Part shown: positions 1 to 13,397 of the stretch, one piece after another
Position numbering within the stretch: the stretch's first letter is position 1
Layout of the letters: each line of letters begins with the position of its first letter
Source: Eimeria praecox
Taxonomy: Eukaryota
Reading direction: 5' to 3'
Assembly: GCA_963920595.1 (NCBI GenBank)
Contig: OY986948.1
Coordinates: 496,001-560,000 of the forward strand
DNA: 64,000 nucleotides
Made by a program: the position numbers and the translations under genes
The notes under the pieces: generated by a model
The model's input: the letters and a program-made list of their open reading frames with translations, nothing else
Databases searched by the model: none
Told to the model about the DNA's origin: nothing

Positions 1-2789
1 CAGCAGCAGCAGGGGTTTAGAGGAGGCTCGTATATCTCTAACTCGTTGGCTGTGTGGAAGGAGTGAGGACCCTCAAACATTTAAGAAAGGTGCTGCTGTT
101 TTGCTGCATCACTGCAGTAGATTATTAGAGCTGTACGTACACCCCGTTGCTTTAGTCCTATATCGTCGTCGTTTATTAGGGGAGGGGCCCTTCAAGGGGG
201 CCCCCCCAGCTTGTAGTATGCCTGGGGGGGGCCCCCCTCTTTGGAGTATACGGGGTGTTGGATGGGGTACTGAGGGGCCCCAGGGGCCCCAGGGGCCCCC
301 AGGCCCCTCGTCAGGGTCTGTCTCATCCTCCTCCTCCCCTTTAAGGGGAAGGGGGCCCCCTAGTATGAATATGAGGGGGGCCCCCCATTATAAGGGGGGG
401 GGCCCCCTCCTTCCCCCCAATAAAACGAATAAGAAAGAGAGGATAGCTTTATCTATAGAAGGAGGAGCGATGAGAGGTTGTGTGAGTGCGGGTATGTGTG
501 TATGTTTAGACTATTTAGGATTTATAGATATATTTGATGAGATATTAGGGAGTAGTGCTGGGGCTTTAATAGGGGCATTTGCGGTGTCTAGACAGCTAGC
601 ATATGAGGGGAGTGCTGTATATACAGACTGGCTTCCCTTCAAAACAAAAGATTTTATAAACCCTATATCTTTAGGAAGGGCTTTAGGGTTAGGTTTTCTA
701 ATTGATAGAGATATCAAGGGGTTTATTTATAATAGATTGGGGGCCCCCCTTATTAATCTAGATGTTTTATTCAAAGATATACTACAAGATAAACAGCCCT
801 TCAATTGGGAGACCTTCTATGCTAATAATAAAATACAACCCCTTAAGGTAAACCCTAAACAATATAAACCCTAAACCCTAAACCCTAAACCCTAACAATA
901 AACAGTAAACCCTAAACCCTAACAATAAACCCTAACAATAAATAATTAATAATAAACAGCCTTTCAATTGGGAAACTTTCTATGCTAATAATAAAATACA
1001 ACCCCTTAAGGTAAACCCTAAACCCTAAACCCTAACAATATACCCTAAACCCTAAAGCCTAGATAAAAGTAAACCCTAAACCCTAAAACTAAACAATAAA
1101 CCCTAAACCCTAAATAATAAACCCTAAACCCTAAACCCTAAATAATAAACCCTAAACCCTAAATAATAAACCCTAAACCCTTTCATTAGGACATTTTCTA
1201 TAAAAATAGCAAACACCAACCCCTCAAAGTAAACCCTAAACCCTAAACCCTAAATAATAAACCCTAAACCCTAAACCCTAATAATAAACCCTAAACCCTA
1301 AACCCTAAATGTTTTAAATAGAAGAAGTGGCGTCTACGATTTGTACTTTTGTTTTTTCTTTTTTTATCTTCGGGTGTATCGACAGCTTTCTTACTATCTC
1401 ACATCTTCTATCAAAACTTACAAAATATGTATTATGTTTATTTTGTTTTATTTTATTTAATTTAATTTATTTTATTTTATTTTATCTTAGATTATGTTTA
1501 TTTTGTTTTATTTTATTTATTTTATTTAATTTATTCTATTTTATCTTAGTTTTTTTTTATTTTCTTTTTATTTTCTCTTTATTTTTTTAATTTACTTTCT
1601 TTTCTTTTTATTTTTTTTTAATTTTATTTTTATTTTATTTATTTATTTTTTTTCTTCTTTTGTTTATTTTTCTGTGTATTAAGATAATTGCCTCAGGTCT
1701 TCGTAGTCGTACTTCTGTCTCTCTAGATGCTGAGGGGGGTTTTATAAAAGATATATCTTCTTTGTTTGAGTGCCTCCGAGCTTCGATGTTACTACCTGGA
1801 TTGACAGGCCCTGTTGTTCATTTACCTATATGGGGGCCCCCCTCAGTACCCTCAAGGGGGCCCCCCCCCTCATCAACATCCTCCAATAATGGGGCCCCCT
1901 CATCAACATCCTCCAATAATGGGGCCCCCTCATCAGTACCCTCTAATGGGGCCCCCTCATCAGTACCCTCTAATGGGGCCCCCTCATCAGTACCCTCTAA
2001 TGGGGCCCCCTCATCAGTACCCTCTAATGGGGCCCCCTCATCAGTACCCTCTAATGGGGCCCCCTCATCAGTACCCTCTAATGGGGCCCCCTCATCAGTA
2101 CCCTCTAATGGGGCCCCCTCATCAGTACCCTCTAATGGGGCCCCCTCATCAGTACCCTCTAATGGGGCCCCCTCATCAGTACCCTCTAATGGGGCCCCCT
2201 CATCAGTACCCTCTTGTGAGGGGGCCCCCCCATCGATATTAGGGGCCCCTCAATATGTTGGGGGCCCCACTGTATCTCGTCCGTTATATGAGTATACATC
2301 CTTAGTAGCATCTTCTTCTCTTCCTCGTTTCTCTCAAAATCCCCCGTTAGCTTATGTTACAGAGCCCCTAGTAGACGCATTATTGTTTGAATCTATACCC
2401 TACAGAACAGCAATTAATGGGGGGGCCTCGCACGTTCTTGCCCTCAGAAGCAGGCCTGATAGGGCCCCCGTAGGAAGACTAAAGGGAGTAGAAGCTATGG
2501 TACGGTATTAGTTTTGCCCCCTATTTATCTTTTTTTGGTTTGGTTTGGTTGGGGGGGGGTGGGGTTTGGGGTTTGGGGTTAGGGTTTAGGGTTTAGGGTT
2601 TAGGGTTTGTTTTGTTCGTTATTGGATTATATGTTTATTTTGTTTGTTTTGTTTGTTTTGTTTTGTTTGTTTTGTTTGTTTTGTTTGTTTTTCTTTGTTT
2701 GTTTTGTTTGTTTTGTTTGTTTTGTTTGTTTTGTTTGTTTGTTTTAATTTTTTGTTTTGTTTGTTTTGTTTGTTTTGTTTGTTTGTTTT
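1..2789 (+). other. Apparently exact duplicate of 10529-13317 (internal patatin exons 2-3), ending at an assembly gap
   Basis: ORFs recur at a constant offset of 10528 (511/11039, 1327/11855, 1660/12188, 1814/12342). Both ends of the block match by eye and I saw no differences. Confidence 0.9.
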
Positions 2790-2989
2790 NNNNNNNNNNN
2801 NNNNNNNNNNNNNNNNNNNNNNNNNNNNNNNNNNNNNNNNNNNNNNNNNNNNNNNNNNNNNNNNNNNNNNNNNNNNNNNNNNNNNNNNNNNNNNNNNNNN
2901 NNNNNNNNNNNNNNNNNNNNNNNNNNNNNNNNNNNNNNNNNNNNNNNNNNNNNNNNNNNNNNNNNNNNNNNNNNNNNNNNNNNNNNNNN
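2790..2989. other. Assembly gap (200 N)
   Basis: Run of N. Confidence 1.
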
Positions 2990-3073
2990 GGGTGTGTTAG
3001 GGTTTAGGGTTTAGGGTTTAGGGTTTAGACTTAGTATTATTGTTAGCTAGGGTTTAGGGTTTAGGGTTTATAC

Positions 3074-4424
3074 CTAACACCCCACGAAGCCAACAACCTC
3101 GCAATCCCGCAGCCCAACGTCCCCGCCCCAATTGCAAGAACCCTCAAAGACTGAAGCGCCTCGGGCATAAACGAGGGTAAAACCCTCCACCTATACACAA
3201 ACCCTAAACCCTAAACCCTAAACCCTAAACCCTAAACCCTAAACCCTAAACCCTAGACCCTAAGACAGAAGACACACGTGGCATCCTCTCCCCCCCCCTC
3301 CCCCTCAGTTTTGTGTCTTGAGAATTCCCTACAAAACCCTAAACCCTCAAACAATTCATAAACCCTAAACCCTAAACCCTAAACCCTAGTATGATAAACC
3401 CTCGTAAACCCTAAACCCTAGGCCCACACCCCAAGACCCTAAACCCTAAGAGAAAACCCCAACAAACCCTAATAAACCCTAATAGATAATCTTAATAAAC
3501 CCTAATACACCCTAATCTAAACCCTAATCTAAACCCTAATAAACCCTAATCTAGACCCTAATAAACCCTAATCTAAAACCCTACCCTAAACCCTACCCTA
3601 AACCCTACCCTAAACCCTAATCTAAACCCTAATCTAAACCCTACTAGTAAGTATGAGTATTTAATTTTCTTCTTTCTCGCATTATAAACCCTAACTCTCT
3701 CCTCTACCTAGTCTGTTCTTCCTTTATAAACCCTATCACCATATCCTTTCTAAACCCTAGCAATTAATATTATTAATATTATTAATATTAATTATTAATA
3801 TTAATATTAATATTCATATTCATATTCATATTAATACTCATATTGATATTGATATTGATATTAATATTAATATTAATATTAATATTAATATTAATTATTA
3901 ATATTAATATTAATATTAATATTAATATTAATATTAATATTAATATTAATATTAATATTAATATTAATATTAATTATTTTTATTTAATTTATTATATTAT
4001 TATATATTATTATAATATATAATATATATATTAATATAGTATTAATATTATTCATATTAATACTCATATTGATATTGATATTGATATTAATATTAATATT
4101 AATATTAATATTAATATTAATATTAATATTAATATTAATATCAATATTAATATCAATATCAATATTAATATTAATATTAATATTGATATTAATATTAATA
4201 TTACTATTACTATTATAAATATTATTGCTATTACTATTCCTATCGTACCTGATGAGCTGTATGTTGAGATCTTCTGCTTCTTTCTGCATGGTCCTTGGAT
4301 CGAGGAATCGACTTAACTCCACGTTAAAATATAAACTTCTTCTTCTTTGCTTTTCTCCGGTTGTTATTATACGTCTTATACGACCTACTACCATTGAAGC
4401 ACGCTTCATACCACTTGCTGCTGC

Positions 4425-4456
<32 letters not shown>

Positions 4457-4598
4457 GTGATGCTGCTGCTGTTGCTGTTGGTGCTGCTGGTGCTGCTGCT
4501 GGTGTTGCTGCTGTTGCTGTTGGTGGTGCTGCTGCTGGTGCTGCTGTTGGTGCTGCTGATGGTGTGGGGTCTTTATCAGCTGCTTCTGTTGCTGTTGT

Positions 4599-4657
<59 letters not shown>

Positions 4658-4939
4658 TAGGTGCAGGAGAGTACGCTCCTACAAGCTCAGCAGCAGCAGG
4701 CAGTCTAACTACGAAGACCCTAGAGAGAGGTTGAACGATCTGCCCCCATGCTGCTGCTGCTGCTGCTGCTGTTGCTGCTGCTCGTCTCTCTGCTGCTGCT
4801 GCTGCTGCTGCTAGTGCTGCTGCTCTGCTACCTGCTGCTGCTGCTCCTGCTGCTAGTGCTTCTGCTGCTTCTTCTGTTGGACAAAAAAGAGCATTATTAT
4901 GAGCAACAAGAGCATCATCAGCAGCAGCAGCAGCAGCCT

Positions 4940-4972
<33 letters not shown>

Positions 4973-5167
4973 CAGCAGCAGCTTCAGCAGCAGCAGCAGC
5001 AGCAGCAGCACTCTCAACCCTCAGATCTATCAGCCAATCTCTAAACGACAATATCTTTAATTGCTTTTCGTATACATCAAATCCCTCGCTAAGGGCGGGA
5101 AGCAGAGGACGAAGAGGCCAACCTAACGCATTAGGGTTAGAGGACGGATCCATCACACACAAATACA

Positions 5168-5228
<61 letters not shown>

Positions 5229-5353
5229 ATGGTGTTGCTGCTGCTGCTGCTGATGGTGTTGGTGCTGTTGTTGTGATGCTGAGGGTAGAAGGTGTTTTAG
5301 ATGTTCTAGGGCCTCTAATGGCAGCAGCTGCAGCGAATTGGCTTCAGAGACAC

Positions 5354-5426
<73 letters not shown>

Positions 5427-5533
5427 TCTAAGGACCAAGAAACAGCCCCCAGCAAGGAAGGGGGATGTGTTGCTGTCAAGAGAACGAATCTTGCTTGAAA
5501 TGACAGACAACTCTGCAGCAGTAAACTCTTCCC

Positions 5534-5618
<85 letters not shown>

Positions 5619-6074
5619 TTGCTTCAGTTTTCGTTTATTATTTGGTGTGGGTTCGAGGTCAGCAACAAGCTGTCTGAGGGTAACAGCAGCAGCAGCAGCA
5701 GCAGGCTGCTGCAGCTGCTGCAGATCCGCAGCAGGTCGCACAACAGGTGTACATACACTGTAAACTGCTGTCTGCGTCTTCAAATCAATAAATGATTCTA
5801 ACACAAACCGACAAGGCCAAGCTGTTGCTGGGAGCTGTCCATACACTGCGCGACAAGCACACGCTTCTTCTTCTTCTCCTGCTGCTGCTCCTGCTGCTCC
5901 TGCTGCTGCTGCTGCTGGTGTTGCTGCTGCTGCTGCTGTGGATGCTGCTGCTGTTGTTGCTGCTGCTGTTGTTGCTGCTGCTGTTTCTGAGAAGGAAGAG
6001 GAAGAGGAGGAGAGCGGTGACGAGGCTCCCCTTGATTCTGATTCTGCTGCGGTTGCTGCTGCTGCTGCTGCTGT

Positions 6075-6123
<49 letters not shown>

Positions 6124-6203
6124 TCTGTTGCTGTTTGTCTGCTTTCAGGAGATGAGTCGAAGGCTTCAGAAACGGATGGTGAGGAGGAAGCTTCCCAGCT
6201 GTC

Positions 6204-6234
<31 letters not shown>

Positions 6235-6297
6235 AGATCGCGGCAGCGAAGACGCAGACCCCACAAGTCAGGGTCTTTGACGGGTAGACGCATAACT

Positions 6298-6329
<32 letters not shown>

Positions 6330-6392
6330 TTGCTGCTGCTGCTGTTGCTGCTGCTGCAGGTTTCGAAGGTGTTTAGGTGTGTTCTTACGACA

Positions 6393-6427
<35 letters not shown>

Positions 6428-6472
6428 AGGTGCTGCAGGTGCTGCTACTGTTTGTATTACTGCAGCAGCACG

Positions 6473-6514
<42 letters not shown>

Positions 6515-6924
6515 CAGAGGAGCATTTTCTGCAGGAGCATATAGTTTGTTCTATGTGCATGAGGCATATATGTGCTGCTGCTGTTGCTGCAGCAGCAGCA
6601 ACAAACTCCTCTACACTATTATAAACCCGCAATAAACCTACTAGTGGTCTGCTTCCGCTCTTCAAACATTTAGAAGCAAAGGCAGGGAGACACATTAAAC
6701 CTGTTCGACGGCTGCTTCCTGCTGCTGCTGCTGCTGGTGGGGGAGGTGCTCCTGCTGCTGCTCCTGCTGCTGCTGCTGCTGCTGCTTCTGCTTCTGCTGC
6801 TTCAGGAGAATGCAGAGGAGAAGAACTATCATCGCCATCTAACCAATCTTGCAGCAGCAGCTGCTGCTGCTGCTGCTCTTCCTCTTGATCTTGCTGCTGT
6901 AGTCTACTACTTGCTTGTTGCTCA

Positions 6925-6962
<38 letters not shown>

Positions 6963-7107
6963 TTGTCCGACCTGCTGCTGCTGCTGCTGCTGCTGCTGCG
7001 CCTCCTGCAGCAATTGCTGCACTATATCGAGAGATTCCGCATCAATACGAACTCGACAAGGACCAGCAGCATGTTGCTGCTGCTGCTGCTGCTGCTGTCC
7101 TGTTTGC

Positions 7108-7145
<38 letters not shown>

Positions 7146-7292
7146 CAGCGGCTTTGCTGCTGTACAGGTGTATGTAGCTATGAGGGGAACCCACGGAGTA
7201 GTTAGTCTCCAATCTTTGAGTTTTATTTCTGAGAGACGACGCCAGAAAGAAACTTCAATCAAAAAAGAAAATGGCTGGAAGGCTACAAGGTC

Positions 7293-7349
<57 letters not shown>

Positions 7350-7494
7350 TTGATGGTGCTGCTGCTGCTGATGATGCTGTTGATGGTGATGTTGATGATG
7401 ATGATGTTGTTGATGGGGTTGAGGATGTTGATGGTGCTGCGGTGGAGGCTGTTGCAGGTGCTGTGGTGCGTGCTGTTGCAGCAGCCGCTGCTGC

Positions 7495-7529
<35 letters not shown>

Positions 7530-7649
7530 TTGCTGTTGCTGCTTCCTTGAGTGCTGCTGCTTCTCATCTTGCTGCTGCTGCTGCTGCTGCTGCTGCTGAG
7601 CCTCAGACAGCAGGGAGCAGCTAGAAGTTGCTTCCTTCTTGTCATTCAT
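3074..7649 (-). CDS. ATG7: Autophagy E1-like activating enzyme ATG7, 5' part (3' exons lost at the gap)
   Basis: Exon 1 is 7649-4249 (donor ATCAG|GTAC) and exon 2 is 3190-3074 (TATAG|G...GTTAG|GTAT). The spliced junction reads DPRTMQKEAEDLNIQLIR-WRVLPSFMPEALQSLRVLAIGAGTLGCGIARLLASWGVR, the ATG7 LNLxLMRWR and GAGTLG nucleotide-binding motifs. ATG7 N-domain blocks FWRRLSEIKLKDWRL, YNSVEEF, FIDLK and DPSSNPNALGWPLR are separated by polyQ/A/S tracts. Confidence 0.93.
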
Positions 7650-7848
7650 TGCTGCTGCTTCTGCTGTTGCTGTTGCTGCTGCTGCTGCTGCTGCTTCTGC
7701 TTCTGCTGCTGCTGCTGCTGCTGTTGCTGCTGCTGCAGGGAGCGGCAGCTACAGCAGCAGCTGTCTCTTCAGAAGCTGTGCTGCTGCTCCGAGGAGCCGT
7801 CCCCCTGTGCTGCTGCGAGCAGACCATCCGAGCTAAAGCAGCAGCTGC

Positions 7849-7895
<47 letters not shown>

Positions 7896-7997
7896 TTGCT
7901 GCTGTTGTCTATGGAGTTGTATCCACACTTAGTAGATTAACGAGAAAACCACAATGTTATATTTCAACTAACAAAGCGACAGCTGCTGTTGCTGCTG

Positions 7998-8031
<34 letters not shown>

Positions 8032-8038
8032 GCAGCAA

Positions 8039-8076
<38 letters not shown>

Positions 8077-8208
8077 CGAGGGTAGCAAGCACCGAATCAG
8101 ATTCCCTACGGCGTTTGAATCTCAATAAAATCTTCTACTACATTGCAGTGTACATACACTCTAAAATTGCGTGCTGCTAAGCAGCAGCAGCCAGCTACAG
8201 GGACTGGT

Positions 8209-8249
<41 letters not shown>

Positions 8250-8400
8250 GCAGCAGCGTGGGGTCTTTGCTGTGTTCTTCCTTCTACGATGGAGGGGCGT
8301 CTGCTGGATATGTTGTATTAAATTAATTAAATGAGGAGTTTATGAAGTCATATCAACTATCAACGAGCTGTGTTGCTGCTGCGTCGTTCTTCTCTAGCAA

Positions 8401-8458
<58 letters not shown>

Positions 8459-8604
8459 GGCAGCCGCTCCGGCTGGTGCTGCCGACGCCGAGCACCAGCA
8501 ACAGCGTGTCTGCGACTGCAGCAGCAACAACAGCAGCAACAACAACAGCAGCAGCAGCAGCAGCAACTAATTTGACGTACATGAATACAAACTCAACAAT
8601 TTAG

Positions 8605-8650
<46 letters not shown>

Positions 8651-8845
8651 CACAGCAGCTGCTGCTGCTCTGGATCTTTGGCTACGCAGCCGTGGGGGCC
8701 CCTGTCTCCCGCAGCAGCAGCAGCAGCAACAGCAGCAACAGCAGCAGCTACCTTCATCTTCAGGAGAGAAGACAGCAGCACAGTGCAGGTTAATGCTGCT
8801 CGAACGCTGCAGCAGCAGTGAGGGCAGCAGCAACAGCAACAGCAG

Positions 8846-8877
<32 letters not shown>

Positions 8878-9025
8878 GCAACAACAGCAGCAACAACAGC
8901 AGCAACAGCCACAGCAGCAGCAACAACGGCAGCAACACCAGCACCAACAACAACAGCAGCAGCAGCCAAAGCAGCAACTGAAAGACAAGCGCAACAGCAA
9001 CAACAACAGCAGCAGCAACAACAGA

Positions 9026-9059
<34 letters not shown>

Positions 9060-9166
9060 GCAACAGCAGCAGCAGCAGCAAGGAACGTAGCACATCACAG
9101 TGGAGAGACGCGGCTGAGGCGCTGCCTCAGCTGCAGCAGCAGCAGCAGCAACAACAATAAAAACAA

Positions 9167-9216
<50 letters not shown>

Positions 9217-9323
9217 GCAGCAACAGCAGCAGCAGCAGCAGCAGCCGTGTCTTCAATGCGGCCCCTTCACAGCAAGAGAGCCGTCGAACGCAGCTGCAGC
9301 AAGAGAAGCAGAAGCAGCAGCAA

Positions 9324-9359
<36 letters not shown>

Positions 9360-9412
9360 CTGCTGCTATCTAAGAAACAGGCTGCAGCCCTCTGACTTTG
9401 GCTGCTTTGAGG

Positions 9413-9442
9413 ATGCCGCAGCAGCAGCAGCAACAGCAACAA

Positions 9443-9482
<40 letters not shown>

Positions 9483-9551
9483 TGCTCGAGAGCTCGTGTG
9501 TACGTAGAACTGCAGCAACACACCCTTTCCGCTTAGGGGTTTTGCTGCTGC

Positions 9552-9584
<33 letters not shown>

Positions 9585-12500
9585 AGGATATCAGCTGCTC
9601 AGCATCAGCTCTTTCATTTCGCCGCTGCCCTCAGCAGCAGCTGCAGCTGCTGCAGCAGCAGCAGCTGCAGCAGCAGCAGCAGCAGCAGCCGCTGCGTCTG
9701 CAGTGGGCCTTCACCTCTCCCCGTCTGCAGCACGAACTGTGGCGGGGCTCCTCGGGTTCAGCAGCAGCAGCAGCAACAGCAACAGCAGCAACAGCAGCAG
9801 CAGCAGCAGCAGCAGGATCGTCTGCTGGTCTTCAGAGGAGCCGAGGTGTTTCTTATGTGGGTGGGGGCCCCCTAGGGGGGCCCCTTGGGGGCCCTCTTGG
9901 GGGCCCCCTTGGGGGCCCCCTTGGGTATCCCCTTGGGGGCCCCCGTGGGGGCCCCCTTGGGGCCCCCCTTGGGGGCCCCAAAGGGGTAGAGAGGAGGGTA
10001 CGGGGGGCCCCCCTTGCTGCGCTTAAGGGGTGGAGGGGGGCCCTCTTTGGTAGCAGACGAATTCGAATAAGCAGTGAAGATCAAATGAACAGAGCGCTGG
10101 CGAGAGGAGTACCCTTAGCGTCCGTAAACCCTAAACCCTAAACCCTAAACCCTACGTAAACCCTAAACCCTAATCCCTAAACCCTAAACCCTACGTAAAC
10201 CCTAAACCCTAAATCTTTATTTTTCTAATAAGACGGTAGACAGGATAGAGAGGTCTCGACAATAATAAATGTATGGATTGGATGCTTCTTAATCTGATAG
10301 CTTACAATTTAGGGTTTAGGGTTTAGGGTTTAGGGTTTAGGGTTTAGGGTTTAGGGTTTAGGGTTTAGGGTTTGGTGTGTATATGTGTAGGTCTATGGAG
10401 GTGTATGGGGACCTACACTGCCCTCAGCCTCCCTTCAACCCTGTGTTGCTGCTTCGTTTGCAGCACTTGCTGCAGCACCTGCTAGCAGCAGATAACAGCA
10501 GCAGCAGCAGCAGCAGGAGCAGCAGCAGCAGCAGCAGCAGGGGTTTAGAGGAGGCTCGTATATCTCTAACTCGTTGGCTGTGTGGAAGGAGTGAGGACCC
10601 TCAAACATTTAAGAAAGGTGCTGCTGTTTTGCTGCATCACTGCAGTAGATTATTAGAGCTGTACGTACACCCCGTTGCTTTAGTCCTATATCGTCGTCGT
10701 TTATTAGGGGAGGGGCCCTTCAAGGGGGCCCCCCCAGCTTGTAGTATGCCTGGGGGGGGCCCCCCTCTTTGGAGTATACGGGGTGTTGGATGGGGTACTG
10801 AGGGGCCCCAGGGGCCCCAGGGGCCCCCAGGCCCCTCGTCAGGGTCTGTCTCATCCTCCTCCTCCCCTTTAAGGGGAAGGGGGCCCCCTAGTATGAATAT
10901 GAGGGGGGCCCCCCATTATAAGGGGGGGGGCCCCCTCCTTCCCCCCAATAAAACGAATAAGAAAGAGAGGATAGCTTTATCTATAGAAGGAGGAGCGATG
11001 AGAGGTTGTGTGAGTGCGGGTATGTGTGTATGTTTAGACTATTTAGGATTTATAGATATATTTGATGAGATATTAGGGAGTAGTGCTGGGGCTTTAATAG
11101 GGGCATTTGCGGTGTCTAGACAGCTAGCATATGAGGGGAGTGCTGTATATACAGACTGGCTTCCCTTCAAAACAAAAGATTTTATAAACCCTATATCTTT
11201 AGGAAGGGCTTTAGGGTTAGGTTTTCTAATTGATAGAGATATCAAGGGGTTTATTTATAATAGATTGGGGGCCCCCCTTATTAATCTAGATGTTTTATTC
11301 AAAGATATACTACAAGATAAACAGCCCTTCAATTGGGAGACCTTCTATGCTAATAATAAAATACAACCCCTTAAGGTAAACCCTAAACAATATAAACCCT
11401 AAACCCTAAACCCTAAACCCTAACAATAAACAGTAAACCCTAAACCCTAACAATAAACCCTAACAATAAATAATTAATAATAAACAGCCTTTCAATTGGG
11501 AAACTTTCTATGCTAATAATAAAATACAACCCCTTAAGGTAAACCCTAAACCCTAAACCCTAACAATATACCCTAAACCCTAAAGCCTAGATAAAAGTAA
11601 ACCCTAAACCCTAAAACTAAACAATAAACCCTAAACCCTAAATAATAAACCCTAAACCCTAAACCCTAAATAATAAACCCTAAACCCTAAATAATAAACC
11701 CTAAACCCTTTCATTAGGACATTTTCTATAAAAATAGCAAACACCAACCCCTCAAAGTAAACCCTAAACCCTAAACCCTAAATAATAAACCCTAAACCCT
11801 AAACCCTAATAATAAACCCTAAACCCTAAACCCTAAATGTTTTAAATAGAAGAAGTGGCGTCTACGATTTGTACTTTTGTTTTTTCTTTTTTTATCTTCG
11901 GGTGTATCGACAGCTTTCTTACTATCTCACATCTTCTATCAAAACTTACAAAATATGTATTATGTTTATTTTGTTTTATTTTATTTAATTTAATTTATTT
12001 TATTTTATTTTATCTTAGATTATGTTTATTTTGTTTTATTTTATTTATTTTATTTAATTTATTCTATTTTATCTTAGTTTTTTTTTATTTTCTTTTTATT
12101 TTCTCTTTATTTTTTTAATTTACTTTCTTTTCTTTTTATTTTTTTTTAATTTTATTTTTATTTTATTTATTTATTTTTTTTCTTCTTTTGTTTATTTTTC
12201 TGTGTATTAAGATAATTGCCTCAGGTCTTCGTAGTCGTACTTCTGTCTCTCTAGATGCTGAGGGGGGTTTTATAAAAGATATATCTTCTTTGTTTGAGTG
12301 CCTCCGAGCTTCGATGTTACTACCTGGATTGACAGGCCCTGTTGTTCATTTACCTATATGGGGGCCCCCCTCAGTACCCTCAAGGGGGCCCCCCCCCTCA
12401 TCAACATCCTCCAATAATGGGGCCCCCTCATCAACATCCTCCAATAATGGGGCCCCCTCATCAGTACCCTCTAATGGGGCCCCCTCATCAGTACCCTCTA

Positions 12501-13355
12501 ATGGGGCCCCCTCATCAGTACCCTCTAATGGGGCCCCCTCATCAGTACCCTCTAATGGGGCCCCCTCATCAGTACCCTCTAATGGGGCCCCCTCATCAGT
12601 ACCCTCTAATGGGGCCCCCTCATCAGTACCCTCTAATGGGGCCCCCTCATCAGTACCCTCTAATGGGGCCCCCTCATCAGTACCCTCTAATGGGGCCCCC
12701 TCATCAGTACCCTCTAATGGGGCCCCCTCATCAGTACCCTCTTGTGAGGGGGCCCCCCCATCGATATTAGGGGCCCCTCAATATGTTGGGGGCCCCACTG
12801 TATCTCGTCCGTTATATGAGTATACATCCTTAGTAGCATCTTCTTCTCTTCCTCGTTTCTCTCAAAATCCCCCGTTAGCTTATGTTACAGAGCCCCTAGT
12901 AGACGCATTATTGTTTGAATCTATACCCTACAGAACAGCAATTAATGGGGGGGCCTCGCACGTTCTTGCCCTCAGAAGCAGGCCTGATAGGGCCCCCGTA
13001 GGAAGACTAAAGGGAGTAGAAGCTATGGTACGGTATTAGTTTTGCCCCCTATTTATCTTTTTTTGGTTTGGTTTGGTTGGGGGGGGGTGGGGTTTGGGGT
13101 TTGGGGTTAGGGTTTAGGGTTTAGGGTTTAGGGTTTGTTTTGTTCGTTATTGGATTATATGTTTATTTTGTTTGTTTTGTTTGTTTTGTTTTGTTTGTTT
13201 TGTTTGTTTTGTTTGTTTTTCTTTGTTTGTTTTGTTTGTTTTGTTTGTTTTGTTTGTTTTGTTTGTTTGTTTTAATTTTTTGTTTTGTTTGTTTTGTTTG
13301 TTTTGTTTGTTTGTTTTGTTTGTTTTGTATTTGTTGTTTACTCTCCTCTCTCTCT

Positions 13356-13397
<42 letters not shown>

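Noticed and set aside
1918..2214. 27-bp tandem array as a CRISPR array
   Set aside because: It has no unique spacers, lies within a eukaryotic exon, and there are no cas genes.
2990..3650. TTTAGGG/AAACCCT arrays next to the gap as a true telomere or chromosome fusion
   Set aside because: The arrays are short, flank an ATG7 exon as intronic elements, and recur throughout the segment.
3984..4248. NININI tail of the 1221-aa ORF
   Set aside because: This is read-through into intron 1; splicing at 4249 restores the ATG7 motif.
4225..9400. Many polyL/polyC/polyA ORFs antisense to or upstream of ATG7
   Set aside because: CAG/CTG repeats are stop-free in all frames, so these are shadow ORFs.
12342..12770. 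Alternative-frame (MGPPHQYPL)n protein
   Set aside because: It is a shifted frame of the patatin minisatellite; the flanking patatin motifs fix the real frame.
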